Position numbers and translations under genes: made by a program. Shown here one piece after another: positions 20,596 through 30,840 of a stretch of 64,000 nucleotides of DNA; the stretch's first letter is position 1; the number at the start of each line of letters is the position of its first letter. This stretch comes from Paracoccaceae bacterium (lineage in GTDB: Bacteria; Pseudomonadota; Alphaproteobacteria; Rhodobacterales; Rhodobacteraceae). The stretch lies in NCBI GenBank assembly GCA_020832655.1, contig JAFIEF010000013.1, forward strand, positions 4,316-68,315, written 5' to 3'. The notes beneath the pieces are model-generated. The model was not told where the DNA came from and ran no database searches. It was given only the letters and a program-made list of their open reading frames with translations.

Positions 20596-21404
20596 CGGGG
20601 CCGGACGGCAAATTCGGCGATCTTGGCGCGCGGGTGATGTCGGGCGCGGCAATGGCGCTGGTCGGCATCGCGGCAGTCTGGGCGGGCGGGATGGTCTTTG
20701 TCATTCTGGTCTGTGCGTTGTGTGGCGCGATGGTGTGGGAATATGCGTGCATGATCGACCCCGCAGCAACGCCGCGCAAGCCTGTGCTGATGGGGGCAGG
20801 GGGCGGGCTTGTGGTATTCGTGCTGGCGCTTTTGGGCGCGCTGTCGCAGATGGGGGCGGCAGGCGTTTTTGCAACGCTCGGCCTTGTGCTGGCGGGCGGG
20901 GTGCTGCTGTCGCAGCTTCTGCCCAGGGATCGCGGCATTTCTGGCCCCTATCTGGCGTTGATCCTGTTTGCCGGGCTTGGCCTGATCCTGCTTCGGGAAG
21001 ATTTCGGCCTGGCTTGGGTGTTGTGGCTGGTTCTGCTTGTCATCGGCTCTGATGTGGCAGGCTATTTTGCCGGTCGCATGATCGGCGGGCCGAAGCTTTG
21101 GCCGCGCGTCAGCCCCAAGAAGACATGGTCGGGCACTGTGGCGGGCTGGGTTCTGGCCGCGCTTGTTGGATGGGCCTTTGGCGGGCTTCTGGGGGCAGGG
21201 GCGGGGCTGGTTTTCCTGTCAGTGCTGATTGCAATGGCCGGACAGGCCGGGGACATCGCTGAAAGCGCCATCAAGCGCCATGTGGGGGTCAAGGACAGTT
21301 CGAACCTGATCCCCGGACATGGCGGCGTGCTTGATCGCTTCGACGCCATGATTTCAGCCGCGCTGATGGTGTTGATCCTTGCATTGCTGGGCGCGCTGGG
21401 ATGA
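20592..21404 (+). CDS. cdsA: Phosphatidate cytidylyltransferase
   Basis: SPKKTWSG, KDSSNLIPGHGGVLDRFD; GTG start overlaps the uppS stop. Confidence 0.95.
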   Translation: MTGPDGKFGDLGARVMSGAAMALVGIAAVWAGGMVFVILVCALCGAMVWEYACMIDPAATPRKPVLMGAGGGLVVFVLALLGALSQMGAAGVFATLGLVLAGGVLLSQLLPRDRGISGPYLALILFAGLGLILLREDFGLAWVLWLVLLVIGSDVAGYFAGRMIGGPKLWPRVSPKKTWSGTVAGWVLAALVGWAFGGLLGAGAGLVFLSVLIAMAGQAGDIAESAIKRHVGVKDSSNLIPGHGGVLDRFDAMISAALMVLILALLGALG

Positions 21405-21414
21405 CGGGGCGTTG

Positions 21415-22590
21415 ATGCGGGTTTCGGTCTTCGGGGCAACAGGGTCGATAGGCGAAAGCACATTCGATCTGCTGTCGCGCCGCTCTGATATCCGCGTGGT
21501 CGCGCTGACCGGCGGGCGCAATGTCGCGCGGCTGGCAGAGCAGGCGCGGGCCTTGCGCGCCGAACTGGCCGTGAGCGCGCATGACGATTGTTACCTTGCC
21601 CTGAAGGAGGCGCTTGCCGGAACCGGCACAGAGGTCGGCGCAGGAACCGATGCGCTGATCGAGGCCGCGGCGCGCCCCGCTGACTGGGTCATGTCGGCGA
21701 TTGTCGGGGCCGCAGGTCTGGAACCGGGGTTTCGCGCGCTGGCGCAAGGTGCGACACTGGCGCTGGCCAACAAGGAATCGCTGGTCACGGCTGGCCCGCT
21801 GCTGATGGCAGAGGCCGCGCGCCACCGCGCGCGCATCCTGCCGGTGGACAGCGAACATTCGGCGGTGTTTCAGGCGCTGGTGGGCGAAGACATCGCCACG
21901 GTCGAGCGTGTGATCATCACCGCCTCTGGCGGGCCGTTTCGCAACTGGGACAGCGATGCGCTGGAACAGGTCACGCTGGCGCAGGCACAGACCCATCCGA
22001 ACTGGTCGATGGGCCAGCGCATCACCATCGATTCGGCCTCGATGTTCAACAAGGCGCTGGAACTGATCGAGACGCGCGAATATTTCGGCCTGTATCCCGA
22101 CCAGATCGACACGATTGTCCATCCGCAATCGATCATCCATGCGCTGGTGGGGTTTCGCGACGGGGCGATGATGGCGCATATGGGTGCGCCCGATATGCGC
22201 CACGCCATCGGTTATGCGTTGAACTGGCCCGAACGTGCTGAATTGCCGGTGCAGCGGCTGGATCTGGCGGCCTTGGCGCGGCTGGATTTCGAAGCCCCGG
22301 ATCCCGCACGCTTCCCCGCGCTGCGCCTTGCGCGGCAGGTGATGGAATTGCGCGGCCATTCCGGCGCGGCCTTCAACGCCGCCAAGGAAGTCGCGCTCGA
22401 TGCCTTCATCGCCGGACAGATCGGCTTCATGGACATGGCGCGGCTGGTGGAACGCACAATTGATCGGCTCTTGCCCGATTCTGGCCTGACTGCGCCGGTA
22501 GAAGCGCTTGAAAGCGTGGTGCATATGGATCAAATGGCCAGACAGATCGCCATCCGGCAGATCGCGGCCATCAACAGACGCGCGGGCTGA
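21415..22590 (+). CDS. dxr: 1-deoxy-D-xylulose-5-phosphate reductoisomerase
   Basis: GATGSIG, LANKES, PVDSEH, ITIDSASMFNK. Confidence 0.98.
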   Translation: MRVSVFGATGSIGESTFDLLSRRSDIRVVALTGGRNVARLAEQARALRAELAVSAHDDCYLALKEALAGTGTEVGAGTDALIEAAARPADWVMSAIVGAAGLEPGFRALAQGATLALANKESLVTAGPLLMAEAARHRARILPVDSEHSAVFQALVGEDIATVERVIITASGGPFRNWDSDALEQVTLAQAQTHPNWSMGQRITIDSASMFNKALELIETREYFGLYPDQIDTIVHPQSIIHALVGFRDGAMMAHMGAPDMRHAIGYALNWPERAELPVQRLDLAALARLDFEAPDPARFPALRLARQVMELRGHSGAAFNAAKEVALDAFIAGQIGFMDMARLVERTIDRLLPDSGLTAPVEALESVVHMDQMARQIAIRQIAAINRRAG

Positions 22591-22626
22591 TCGGCCACAA
22601 TCGCGGCCTGTGCAAAGGGGATAGAC

Positions 22627-23961
22627 TTGGATTTCATCGGGATTCTGCCCAGCTTCGGCAATTTCTTCTACACCATCGCGGCTTTCGTGGTGGTGCTGTC
22701 GATCATCGTCGCGGTGCATGAATATGGCCATTACATTGTCGGGCGCTGGTCGGGCATTCATGCGGATGTGTTTTCGATCGGCTTTGGCCCGGTCCTGACC
22801 AGCAGGCGCGACAAGCGCGGCACGGTCTGGCAGGTGGCGGCGATACCCCTGGGCGGATATGTGAAATTCGCAGGCGATTCCGATGCCGCATCGGGCAAGG
22901 ATGGCGACGCGATGGCGCAGATGAGCGCGCAGCAGCGCCGCCGAACCATGCATGGCGCACCCCTTTGGGCGCGCACCGTCACTGTCGCTGCCGGGCCGGT
23001 CTTCAACTTCATCTTTGCGTTTGTCGTCTTTGCGGCCCTGCTGATATGGGACGGGGTGGCGGTCGATGAACCCATCGTCGGCGAGATCACGCCCCTGCCC
23101 GCACAACCTTTCGAGCTAAGCCCCGGCGACCATATCCTGGCCGTTGAAGGGATCGAGACCGAAACCCTGGCCGATTTCATGGGCGCCGCCGATGATCTGC
23201 CGCGCGAACCGGTTCTGACCTATACCGTCGAACGCGACGGGCGGGTGATGCAGGTCAGCGGGCCGCACCCGCAGCCGCCGCTGGCGGGGTCGGTGGCGAT
23301 GCAATCCGCCGCGCGCGAAGCACAGATGCAGCGCGGTGATGTCATCACCCATATCGGTGATACTCCGGTCGCAACCTTTGGTGAATTGCGCGATCTGGTG
23401 GCAGCATCGGAAGGCCGGGCGCTGGATCTGACGGTCTGGCGCGATGGCGACATCGTCAATCTGACCCTGGTGCCGCGTAGCACTGATCTGCCGCTGCCCG
23501 AAGGCGGGTTTGAAACGCGCTACCTGATCGGGCTGACATCGGGCGCGGTGTTCGAATACAGCACCCGCACACCGGGCCTGCTGGAAGCATCGGGAATGGC
23601 GCTGGGCCAGATCTGGCGCGTGCTGCGCACCTCGGTCGAGGGGCTTTACTATATGGTCGCGGGCCATATCAGCACCTGCAACCTGTCCAGCCCCATCGGC
23701 ATTGCCGAAGCCTCGGCGGCGACGGCCAGTGACGGGCTGATGGAATTCATCTGGTTCATTGCCGTGTTGTCGGTGGCCATCGGGCTTCTGAACCTGTTTC
23801 CGATTCCGCCGCTGGATGGCGGGCATCTGGTGTTTTACGCCTATGAGGCGGTCATGCGCCGCCCTGTCGGGGATCAGGCGCTGCGCATCCTGATGATCAT
23901 CGGGCTGTCCATTGTGCTGACCTTGTTTGCCTTCGCATTGTTCACGGATCTGACCTGCTGA
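22627..23961 (+). CDS. rseP: RIP metalloprotease RseP (two PDZ domains)
   Basis: HEYGH zinc motif, NLFPIPPLDGG; TTG start. Confidence 0.96.
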   Translation: MDFIGILPSFGNFFYTIAAFVVVLSIIVAVHEYGHYIVGRWSGIHADVFSIGFGPVLTSRRDKRGTVWQVAAIPLGGYVKFAGDSDAASGKDGDAMAQMSAQQRRRTMHGAPLWARTVTVAAGPVFNFIFAFVVFAALLIWDGVAVDEPIVGEITPLPAQPFELSPGDHILAVEGIETETLADFMGAADDLPREPVLTYTVERDGRVMQVSGPHPQPPLAGSVAMQSAAREAQMQRGDVITHIGDTPVATFGELRDLVAASEGRALDLTVWRDGDIVNLTLVPRSTDLPLPEGGFETRYLIGLTSGAVFEYSTRTPGLLEASGMALGQIWRVLRTSVEGLYYMVAGHISTCNLSSPIGIAEASAATASDGLMEFIWFIAVLSVAIGLLNLFPIPPLDGGHLVFYAYEAVMRRPVGDQALRILMIIGLSIVLTLFAFALFTDLTC

Positions 23962-24033
23962 TCGCGACAATGCCGCCTTCACGCCACATTCCCGCCGCAA
24001 AGCGCGGCAAATGTGGATGTGAAGGAGGCTGCT

Positions 24034-24195
24034 ATGGCTTACATTGATCTTGAACTGCAAAATGCCCGCATCATCTGGCGCAATATCGCGGACCGGGTGC
24101 TGGTGATCGCGTTGATCCTTGCGGCGATGGGCGTGGCGAGTCTGGTCTCGGCCTATCTGGGCTATGCCCCGCAAGAAATGATGCCGATGCGCTGA
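24034..24195 (+). CDS. Small single-TM hypothetical protein (53 aa)
   Basis: Strong Shine-Dalgarno AAGGAGG at 24022-24028 before ATG 24034; one hydrophobic segment VLVIALILAAMGVASLVSAYLGY. Confidence 0.65.
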   Translation: MAYIDLELQNARIIWRNIADRVLVIALILAAMGVASLVSAYLGYAPQEMMPMR

Positions 24196-24471
24196 GCGCG
24201 CCAAACCTTGCGGATCTGACGGGCGCAGCGAAGACGTTGCGCCCCTTTCCATGTCGGATGCCATTATTCACACGAATCCAACACGCCCGCGCACAGCCCT
24301 GCCCGTACGCGCCGCCGGACCGCGCCCCAACTGCCACAGCTTGTCAGCGCGCCTCTGCGATTGCTTTGACTCCGCCGCAACAACTCGCTAGGCAGTGAGT
24401 AACAAAAATGCGGAAATACGGGGCCCGATATGCGCGGAATCTTTGCGATGCTGCCGTCGCGCAGAGGGGGT

Positions 24472-26829
24472 ATGGGCATTTGCCCGCACTTCTTTGCTGC
24501 GGCACTATTTTGTCTGATTTCATTGACAAGTTTCGCTTTTGTCGGACCTGCCTCTGCGCAGGATTTCCGCTTTGGCACAATCCAGATCGACGGCAATCAG
24601 CGTGTAGATGACAGCACCATTATCGGGCTGGCGGGAATCAGGCGGGGTCAGACGGTCAGCGCGGGCCAGCTTAGCGCGGCTGTGGGGCAGCTTTCCGGCT
24701 CTGGCCTGTTCGAAGAGGTTGATCTGGAACCGCGTGGCAATACGCTGGTGATCCGCGTCAAGGAATACCCGATCATCGGCATCGTGAATTTCGAAGGCAA
24801 TCGCCGCATCGATGATGATGACATCGCCGAAGTGGTGCAGACCACCTCTGGCCGTGTGTTGTCGCCTTCGGTGGTCGAAGCCGATGCGCGCGCAATTGCC
24901 GAGCTTTACAACCGTCGCGGGCGCACCGCGGCAGAGGTCACGCCGAAAATCCTGCCGCGCGGCGATAACCGCGTCGATCTGGCCTTCGAAATCCGCGAGG
25001 GCAATGTCGTCGAGATAGAGCGCGTCTCTTTCGTCGGCAATCGTGCCTTTTCCAACTATCGGCTGCGCCAGGTGCTCAGCACCAAGCAGGCGGGTGTGCT
25101 GCGCTGGATCATCCAGAGTGACACCTTCATCGCCGAACGCATCGCGCTGGATCGCCAGCTTCTGACCGATTTCTACCTGTCGCGCGGCTATGTCGATTTC
25201 CAGATCCTGTCGGTGACACCGGAAATGGCGCGCGAGCGTGACCGCTTCTTCCTGACCTTCAATATCCGCGAAGGGCAGCAATACCGCTTTGGTGATATCT
25301 CTGTCACCAGCGAGGTTGAAGGGCTGGATGCTGCCGCCTATCAAACCGAACTGCGCGTGCGTCCGGGCAATCTGTTCACGCCCACAACACTGGACCAGAG
25401 CATCGCGCGGCTGGAACAGCGCGCAGAGCGTGAAGGCCGCCGCTTCATCCGCGCCGAACCGCGCTTTACCCGCAACAACCGCACCCAGACCATCGATGTC
25501 GAATTTGCAATGGTGCGCGGCGAGCGTATCTTCGTCGAACGCATCGACATTCAGGGCAACACCACGACCCAGGACCGCGTGATTCGCCGGCAGTTCATCA
25601 AGGCTGAAGGCGACCCGCTGAACCCGCGCGAAATTCGCGAGGCGGCGGAACGTATCCGCGCGCTGGAATATTTTTCTGACGTTTCGGTGGAACCACGCGC
25701 CGGGTCAGCCCCCGATCAGGCCGTTATCGATGTCGAGGTGGAAGAGACAACGACCGGCTCGCTTGGCTTTTCGGTCAGCTATGCCCGCACGGAAGGCGTG
25801 GGTTTCGGCATCAGTTTTTCCGAGCTGAACTTCCTTGGTCGCGGCCAGCAATTGGGGGTCAACTTCAATGTCATCAAAGGTTCGCGCGATATCTCGCTGA
25901 TGTTCACCGAACCGGCGATGTTTGACCGTGACCTGTCCTATTCGTTTGGCATTGGATACCGCGAAACCAGCCAGCTCAATTCCAATTTTGACACCAGAAA
26001 TGCCTTCCTGAGCAACGCCATCGGCTTTCCGGTCAGCGAATTCGGTCGGCTGCAACTGCGTCAGGGGCTGGTGCTGGACCGGATGCGTGGCCTGAACAAC
26101 CTAGCTCTGCCGGGATTTGTCCCGGCGGATCCTGTCGCATCGAACCGGCTGGCCGATGATCAGGCAGCAGGAACAGCGATTACCGGTTCGCTGGGCTATA
26201 CCTACAGTTTCGATACGCGCGAAAAGGGGATCGACCCGTCACAGGGCATGGTCTTCAGCCTGTCGCAGGATTTCGCTGTCGGCAACAACAGCCGTCGTTA
26301 CGTCAAGACCGAAGCCCGCGCGGGCTATGAAATGGCGTTCTTCGGCGAAGACCTGAAGCTGATGGGCGATCTGCGTGGCGGGGCGTTGCACATGGTCAAT
26401 GGCAGATCGCGCTATTCGGAACGCTTCCAGCTTGCCGATGTCATGCGCGGCTTCCGCCACGGGGCATCAGGACCGCGTGACTTCGGCGCGACCAATAACG
26501 ATGTTCTGGGCGGCAACCGCTATGTCGTGGCTTCGGCAGAGGCGCGCTTTCCGCTGGGCACCCCCGAAGAATACGGGCTGTCGGGTGGCGTGTTTGCAGA
26601 TGTCGGCTCGGTCTGGGGCGTCGATAGTATCGGCGGCCTTGCAGGAACGGGTATGGTCAGCCCATTGGGTGAAAATTCCAACAAGATGCATCTGCGCGCC
26701 ACAGTCGGTGTGTCGATGTTCTGGGACAGCCCGCTGGGTGTTCTGCGCTTTGACTTCTCGCGCGCGGTGCGCAAGCGCCCCTATGACCGGACCCAGAATT
26801 TCGACTTCTCGATCGTGTCGCAATTCTGA
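24472..26829 (+). CDS. bamA: Outer membrane protein assembly factor BamA
   Basis: POTRA repeats, VLGGN, C-terminal aromatic residue; start placed at ATG 24472 after GAGGGG (ORF track begins 24430). Confidence 0.96.
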   Translation: MGICPHFFAAALFCLISLTSFAFVGPASAQDFRFGTIQIDGNQRVDDSTIIGLAGIRRGQTVSAGQLSAAVGQLSGSGLFEEVDLEPRGNTLVIRVKEYPIIGIVNFEGNRRIDDDDIAEVVQTTSGRVLSPSVVEADARAIAELYNRRGRTAAEVTPKILPRGDNRVDLAFEIREGNVVEIERVSFVGNRAFSNYRLRQVLSTKQAGVLRWIIQSDTFIAERIALDRQLLTDFYLSRGYVDFQILSVTPEMARERDRFFLTFNIREGQQYRFGDISVTSEVEGLDAAAYQTELRVRPGNLFTPTTLDQSIARLEQRAEREGRRFIRAEPRFTRNNRTQTIDVEFAMVRGERIFVERIDIQGNTTTQDRVIRRQFIKAEGDPLNPREIREAAERIRALEYFSDVSVEPRAGSAPDQAVIDVEVEETTTGSLGFSVSYARTEGVGFGISFSELNFLGRGQQLGVNFNVIKGSRDISLMFTEPAMFDRDLSYSFGIGYRETSQLNSNFDTRNAFLSNAIGFPVSEFGRLQLRQGLVLDRMRGLNNLALPGFVPADPVASNRLADDQAAGTAITGSLGYTYSFDTREKGIDPSQGMVFSLSQDFAVGNNSRRYVKTEARAGYEMAFFGEDLKLMGDLRGGALHMVNGRSRYSERFQLADVMRGFRHGASGPRDFGATNNDVLGGNRYVVASAEARFPLGTPEEYGLSGGVFADVGSVWGVDSIGGLAGTGMVSPLGENSNKMHLRATVGVSMFWDSPLGVLRFDFSRAVRKRPYDRTQNFDFSIVSQF

Positions 26830-27437
26830 TGCGTCAGCCCGTTCTGGCGGGATTGCTTTTCGGGGCGGCGGCTTTCATGCCTGCCGCCCCAGGCCATGCC
26901 CAGGGTCTGCCGGGGTTTTCGCTGGGCCAGCCTGTCCATGCCGATCTGGCCGATCCCCGGCTGCAATTGCGCACGCTGGATGAAGAGCGGCTGTTTCGCA
27001 ACTCGGCCTTCGGCCTGCGGGTCGAGGCAGAGATAGAAACCGCCTCGCGCGCATTGGAGGCCGAAAATGACGCGCTGCTGGAGCAGTTGACCGCGCGCGA
27101 GATGGAACTGACCGAAGCGCGCCCGCAGATGGACCCGGCCGAATTTCGCGCCGAGGCGGATCGCTTCGACCAGCGGGCACAGGAAATCCGCCGCGCCCAG
27201 GCGGAAAAGCGCATCCGGCTGGGACAGTATGAAGAAAACGAACAGCGCCGCTTCTTCCGTCTTGCCCTGCCAGTGTTGCGCGATGTGCTGGAAGAATCCG
27301 GCGCACAAATCCTGATCGACGGGCGCGCGGTCATCATCGGCGTGGCCGGGATGGACATGACCGATGACGCGATCAGCGCGCTGGATGAGGTTCTGGGCGA
27401 TGGCGGCCCCTCGCCCACTCCGTTGACCCTGCCATAG
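26829..27437 (+). CDS. skp: OmpH/Skp family periplasmic chaperone
   Basis: Signal peptide, coiled coil, DMTDDAI tail; lies between bamA and fabZ. Confidence 0.85.
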   Translation: MRQPVLAGLLFGAAAFMPAAPGHAQGLPGFSLGQPVHADLADPRLQLRTLDEERLFRNSAFGLRVEAEIETASRALEAENDALLEQLTAREMELTEARPQMDPAEFRAEADRFDQRAQEIRRAQAEKRIRLGQYEENEQRRFFRLALPVLRDVLEESGAQILIDGRAVIIGVAGMDMTDDAISALDEVLGDGGPSPTPLTLP

Positions 27438-27540
27438 GGCGCATATGCTTGTCAGCTTCCTGCGCGCTTGCTAGAGCAGTCTCGACATAGGGGCGTGCGT
27501 GCACTGCCCGCCATTCTGACCCGCCAAAGGACGTTTTCGC

Positions 27541-28032
27541 ATGACCGATTCTGCCGCCAGCCCTGACCTGACCGTGCCTTCCGAGGCGGATCTGGCCACC
27601 ATCATGAAGATCATCCCGCATCGCTATCCCTTCCTGCTGGTGGACAAGGTGCGCGACATCACGGCGCGGCAATCGGCGGTGGGCATCAAGAATGTCACCT
27701 TCAATGAACCGCATTTTCAGGGGCATTTCCCCGGTGCGCCGATCATGCCCGGTGTCACCATCATCGAGGCGATGGCCCAGACCGCAGCCGTGCTGGTGGG
27801 CATGTCGGTAGGTTTTGGCGACAAGGCGCCGCTGGTCTATTTCATGTCCATCGACAAGGCCAAGTTCCGCCGCAAGGTGGTGCCGGGCGATGTGCTGGAA
27901 CTGCATGTGCAGGTCAAGCGCGGCTCGACCAGGATCTGGAAATTCGAAGGTGTTGCCAAGGTCGATGGCGAGGTCGCAGCCGAGGCCGAATTTGCTGCCA
28001 TGATTGATGTCAATGCGAGTGTGTCGGCGTGA
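27541..28032 (+). CDS. fabZ: 3-hydroxyacyl-ACP dehydratase
   Basis: [21 protein letters not shown]. Confidence 0.98.
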   Translation: MTDSAASPDLTVPSEADLATIMKIIPHRYPFLLVDKVRDITARQSAVGIKNVTFNEPHFQGHFPGAPIMPGVTIIEAMAQTAAVLVGMSVGFGDKAPLVYFMSIDKAKFRRKVVPGDVLELHVQVKRGSTRIWKFEGVAKVDGEVAAEAEFAAMIDVNASVSA

Positions 28033-28835
28033 ATTCCAGTCTGATTGACCCGAGCGCCCGGATTCACCCTTCGGCGATTGTCGAAGACGGCGCGCAGATC
28101 GGCGCGGGCAGCGTGATCGGTCCCTTCGCGATTATCGGGCCAGAGGTGGTTCTGGGCGACAATGTCACGGTCAAGCCGCACGCGCTTGTCACTGGCTGGA
28201 CCGAGATCGGCGCGGGCTGCACGATCTTTTCCTTCGCCTCGGTCGGCGAAGTGCCGCAGGATCTGAAATATGCAGGCGAACGCACAAGGTTGATCGTAGG
28301 CCGCAATTGCCGCATCCGCGAAAACGCCACGGTGCATCTGGGCACCGAAGGCGGGGGCGGGGTAACGCGCGTGGGCGATAACTGCCTGATCATGGCGGGC
28401 GCGCATGTCGGCCATGACGCGCAGATCGGCAATAATGTGATTCTGGCCAATTATGCCGGTGTCGCAGGTCATGTCATCATCGAACAGAATGTGATTGTGG
28501 GTGCCTCGGCAGGGTTGCACCAGTTCATTCGCGTCGGCGAAGGCGCGATGATCGGCGCGCTGACACGGGTGACGCATGATGTCATGCCCTTCGGGCTGGT
28601 TTCCGGCCCCGATGGGGAATTGCACGGGCTGAACCTGATCGGGCTGAAGCGGCGCGGCATGTCGCGCGATGATATCGCAGCTTTGCGCGCGGCCTATAAG
28701 CGGCTGGCCACGGAAGAAGGCGCATTGGGGGATCTGGCCGCCGCGTTGATGGTTGATGCCGGCGCAGAGGTCGTGCAACAGGTCGCGCGGTTTTTCACGC
28801 AGGATGCAGGCCGCAACTTCCTGCGCCCGAAATGA
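28029..28835 (+). CDS. lpxA: UDP-N-acetylglucosamine O-acyltransferase
   Basis: Hexapeptide repeats, PQDLKY, HVGHD, LHQF. Confidence 0.97.
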   Translation: MNSSLIDPSARIHPSAIVEDGAQIGAGSVIGPFAIIGPEVVLGDNVTVKPHALVTGWTEIGAGCTIFSFASVGEVPQDLKYAGERTRLIVGRNCRIRENATVHLGTEGGGGVTRVGDNCLIMAGAHVGHDAQIGNNVILANYAGVAGHVIIEQNVIVGASAGLHQFIRVGEGAMIGALTRVTHDVMPFGLVSGPDGELHGLNLIGLKRRGMSRDDIAALRAAYKRLATEEGALGDLAAALMVDAGAEVVQQVARFFTQDAGRNFLRPK

Positions 28836-29659
28836 CCCGGATCGCGCTGATTGCAGGCAAGGGGCGCTTGCCCCGGATTCTGGCCCGGCGCTTGCGCGAT
28901 CAGGGCCAGACCCCGCTTCTGGCGCAGATGGAGGGGTTTGAAAGCCCTGTTGCGGGCGATGGCGATGTCATCCGCTTCCGGCTGGAACGGCTGGTGCCGT
29001 TTCTGGACAGCTTGCACGATCAGGGTGTTGCGCGCGCGGTATTTGCAGGCGCGGTGCATCGCCCGAGGCTGGACCCCGCGCTGATCGACCCCGCCACCAT
29101 GCAGCTTCTGCCGCGCATCATGGCTGCAATGCAGCAAGGCGATGACGGCACTTTGCGAGAAGTCATCGCGCTGATGGGCGAATGGGGGATAGAGGTGCTG
29201 GGCGCGCAGGATATCTGCCCGGATCTGGTCGCCACAGCCGGGGTGCTGGGGCAGGCGGCACCCAAGGGGCCGGACAAGCAGGACGCCGCGCGCGGCGGCG
29301 ATATATTGCGCGCGATGGGCGCAGCCGATGTGGGGCAGGGCTGCGTCGTCGCGCGCGGGCAATGTCTGGCGCTGGAAGCGCTGCCCGGCACCGATGACAT
29401 GCTGGCGCATCTGGCCGATCTGCGCGCGCGCCGCGATGATCTGCCCAGGGGCGGGGTGTTCTGCAAGGCACCGAAACCGGGGCAGGACAGGCGCATCGAC
29501 CTGCCCGCGCTGGGGCCGGAAACCGTGGCTGCGATTGCCCGCGCAGGGCTGAACGGCATTGCCTTTCAGGCGGGCGGGGTGCTGCTGATTGACCGCGCGG
29601 AAATGATCGCCGAGGCCGATGCGCAGGGGGTGTTCCTGTGGGCAACCGATCTGGCCTGA
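28832..29659 (+). CDS. lpxI: UDP-2,3-diacylglucosamine diphosphatase LpxI
   Basis: [26 protein letters not shown]; position between lpxA and lpxB. Confidence 0.93.
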   Translation: MTRIALIAGKGRLPRILARRLRDQGQTPLLAQMEGFESPVAGDGDVIRFRLERLVPFLDSLHDQGVARAVFAGAVHRPRLDPALIDPATMQLLPRIMAAMQQGDDGTLREVIALMGEWGIEVLGAQDICPDLVATAGVLGQAAPKGPDKQDAARGGDILRAMGAADVGQGCVVARGQCLALEALPGTDDMLAHLADLRARRDDLPRGGVFCKAPKPGQDRRIDLPALGPETVAAIARAGLNGIAFQAGGVLLIDRAEMIAEADAQGVFLWATDLA

Positions 29660-30840
29660 GCATCTTTGTGATCGCGGGCGAGCCGTCGGGCGACAAGCTG
29701 GGGGCTGCGCTGATGGCGGGATTGCACGCGCTGGTGCCGGATGTCCGCTTTGACGGGGTTGGCGGTGAAGGCATGGCCGCGCAGGGGCTGGCCTCGCGCT
29801 TTGCAATGTCCGATCTGTCGGTGATGGGGCTGGCGGAAGTGCTGCCGCGCATCCGCCTGCTGCGCCGCCGTATCCGCGAAACCGCAGCCGCGATAGCGGA
29901 TACAAGGCCCGATCTTGTCGTCACCATCGACAGCCCGGATTTCTGCCTGCGGGTGCTGAAGCAGGCCCGCGCCGCGCGACCAGATCTGCCCGTGGTGCAT
30001 TACGTCGCGCCCTCGGTCTGGGCGTGGCGGCCGGGGCGGGCGGCCAGGATGGCCCCGCTGGTCGATCATGTGCTGGCGCTGCTGCCGTTCGAGCCGCCCT
30101 ATATGCAGGCGGCGGGCATGTCGTGTGATTTCGTGGGCCATCCGGTGGTGGCCGAACCGCGCGCCACACAGGCCGAGATCGCGGATTTCAAGGTGCGGTT
30201 TCCGGGGCCGTTGATTCTGGCTCTGCCCGGGTCGCGCAAGGGCGAGATCACGCGCCACGCGCCGCGCTTCGGGCAGGTTCTGGGGCAGGTTGCCCCGTCA
30301 GGCGCGCAGATCATCGTGCCGACAGTCGCGGCGCAGGCTGATCTGATGCGCGCGGCGGTGGCCGATTGGCCGGTTGCGGCGCATGTGATCGACGCCGCGC
30401 AGGACAAGCGCGCAGCCTTTGGCGCGGCAGATGTGGCGCTGGCGGCGTCGGGCACGGTGTCGCTGGAACTGGCGGCCAATGGCGTGCCGATGGTGATTGC
30501 CTATGATCTGAACCCGCTGACCCGCGCGCTGGCGCAAAGGCTGATCCGGCTGGACACGGTGACGCTGGTCAATCTGGTCTCGGAGATACGCGCGGTGCCG
30601 GAATTTCTGGGCCGCAACTGCACGCCCGCGCTGATCGCGCCCGCGCTTGCGCAGCTGATGAACGACCCGGACGCCCGCGCCCGGCAGCGCGCGGCGATGG
30701 CGATCACGATGGAACGGCTGGGGCAGGGGGGCGAGGCACCGGGCTTGCGCGCCGCGCGCTCGGTGCTGCGCTTCATGCAGCGCCCGCCTGTGCCCCGCCC
30801 AATCGGCAGCGCCCCACCCGCCCGCCCGCGCGCCGATTGA
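29656..30840 (+). CDS. lpxB: Lipid-A-disaccharide synthase; start uncertain (CTG 29656 or GTG 29638)
   Basis: IAGEPSGD, IDSPDF, APSVWAWRPGR, LPGSRKGE, ASGTVSLE. Confidence 0.95.
   Translation: MSIFVIAGEPSGDKLGAALMAGLHALVPDVRFDGVGGEGMAAQGLASRFAMSDLSVMGLAEVLPRIRLLRRRIRETAAAIADTRPDLVVTIDSPDFCLRVLKQARAARPDLPVVHYVAPSVWAWRPGRAARMAPLVDHVLALLPFEPPYMQAAGMSCDFVGHPVVAEPRATQAEIADFKVRFPGPLILALPGSRKGEITRHAPRFGQVLGQVAPSGAQIIVPTVAAQADLMRAAVADWPVAAHVIDAAQDKRAAFGAADVALAASGTVSLELAANGVPMVIAYDLNPLTRALAQRLIRLDTVTLVNLVSEIRAVPEFLGRNCTPALIAPALAQLMNDPDARARQRAAMAITMERLGQGGEAPGLRAARSVLRFMQRPPVPRPIGSAPPARPRAD

Noticed and set aside
24264-24272. Isolated DnaA-box match TTATTCACA next to a GANTC site upstream of bamA
   Set aside because: Single box with no AT-rich unwinding region or IHF site; could be regulatory but is not distinguishable from chance
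27437-27541. Absence of lpxD between skp and fabZ
   Set aside because: lpxD is often encoded elsewhere in this group; nothing in the gap looks like a remnant
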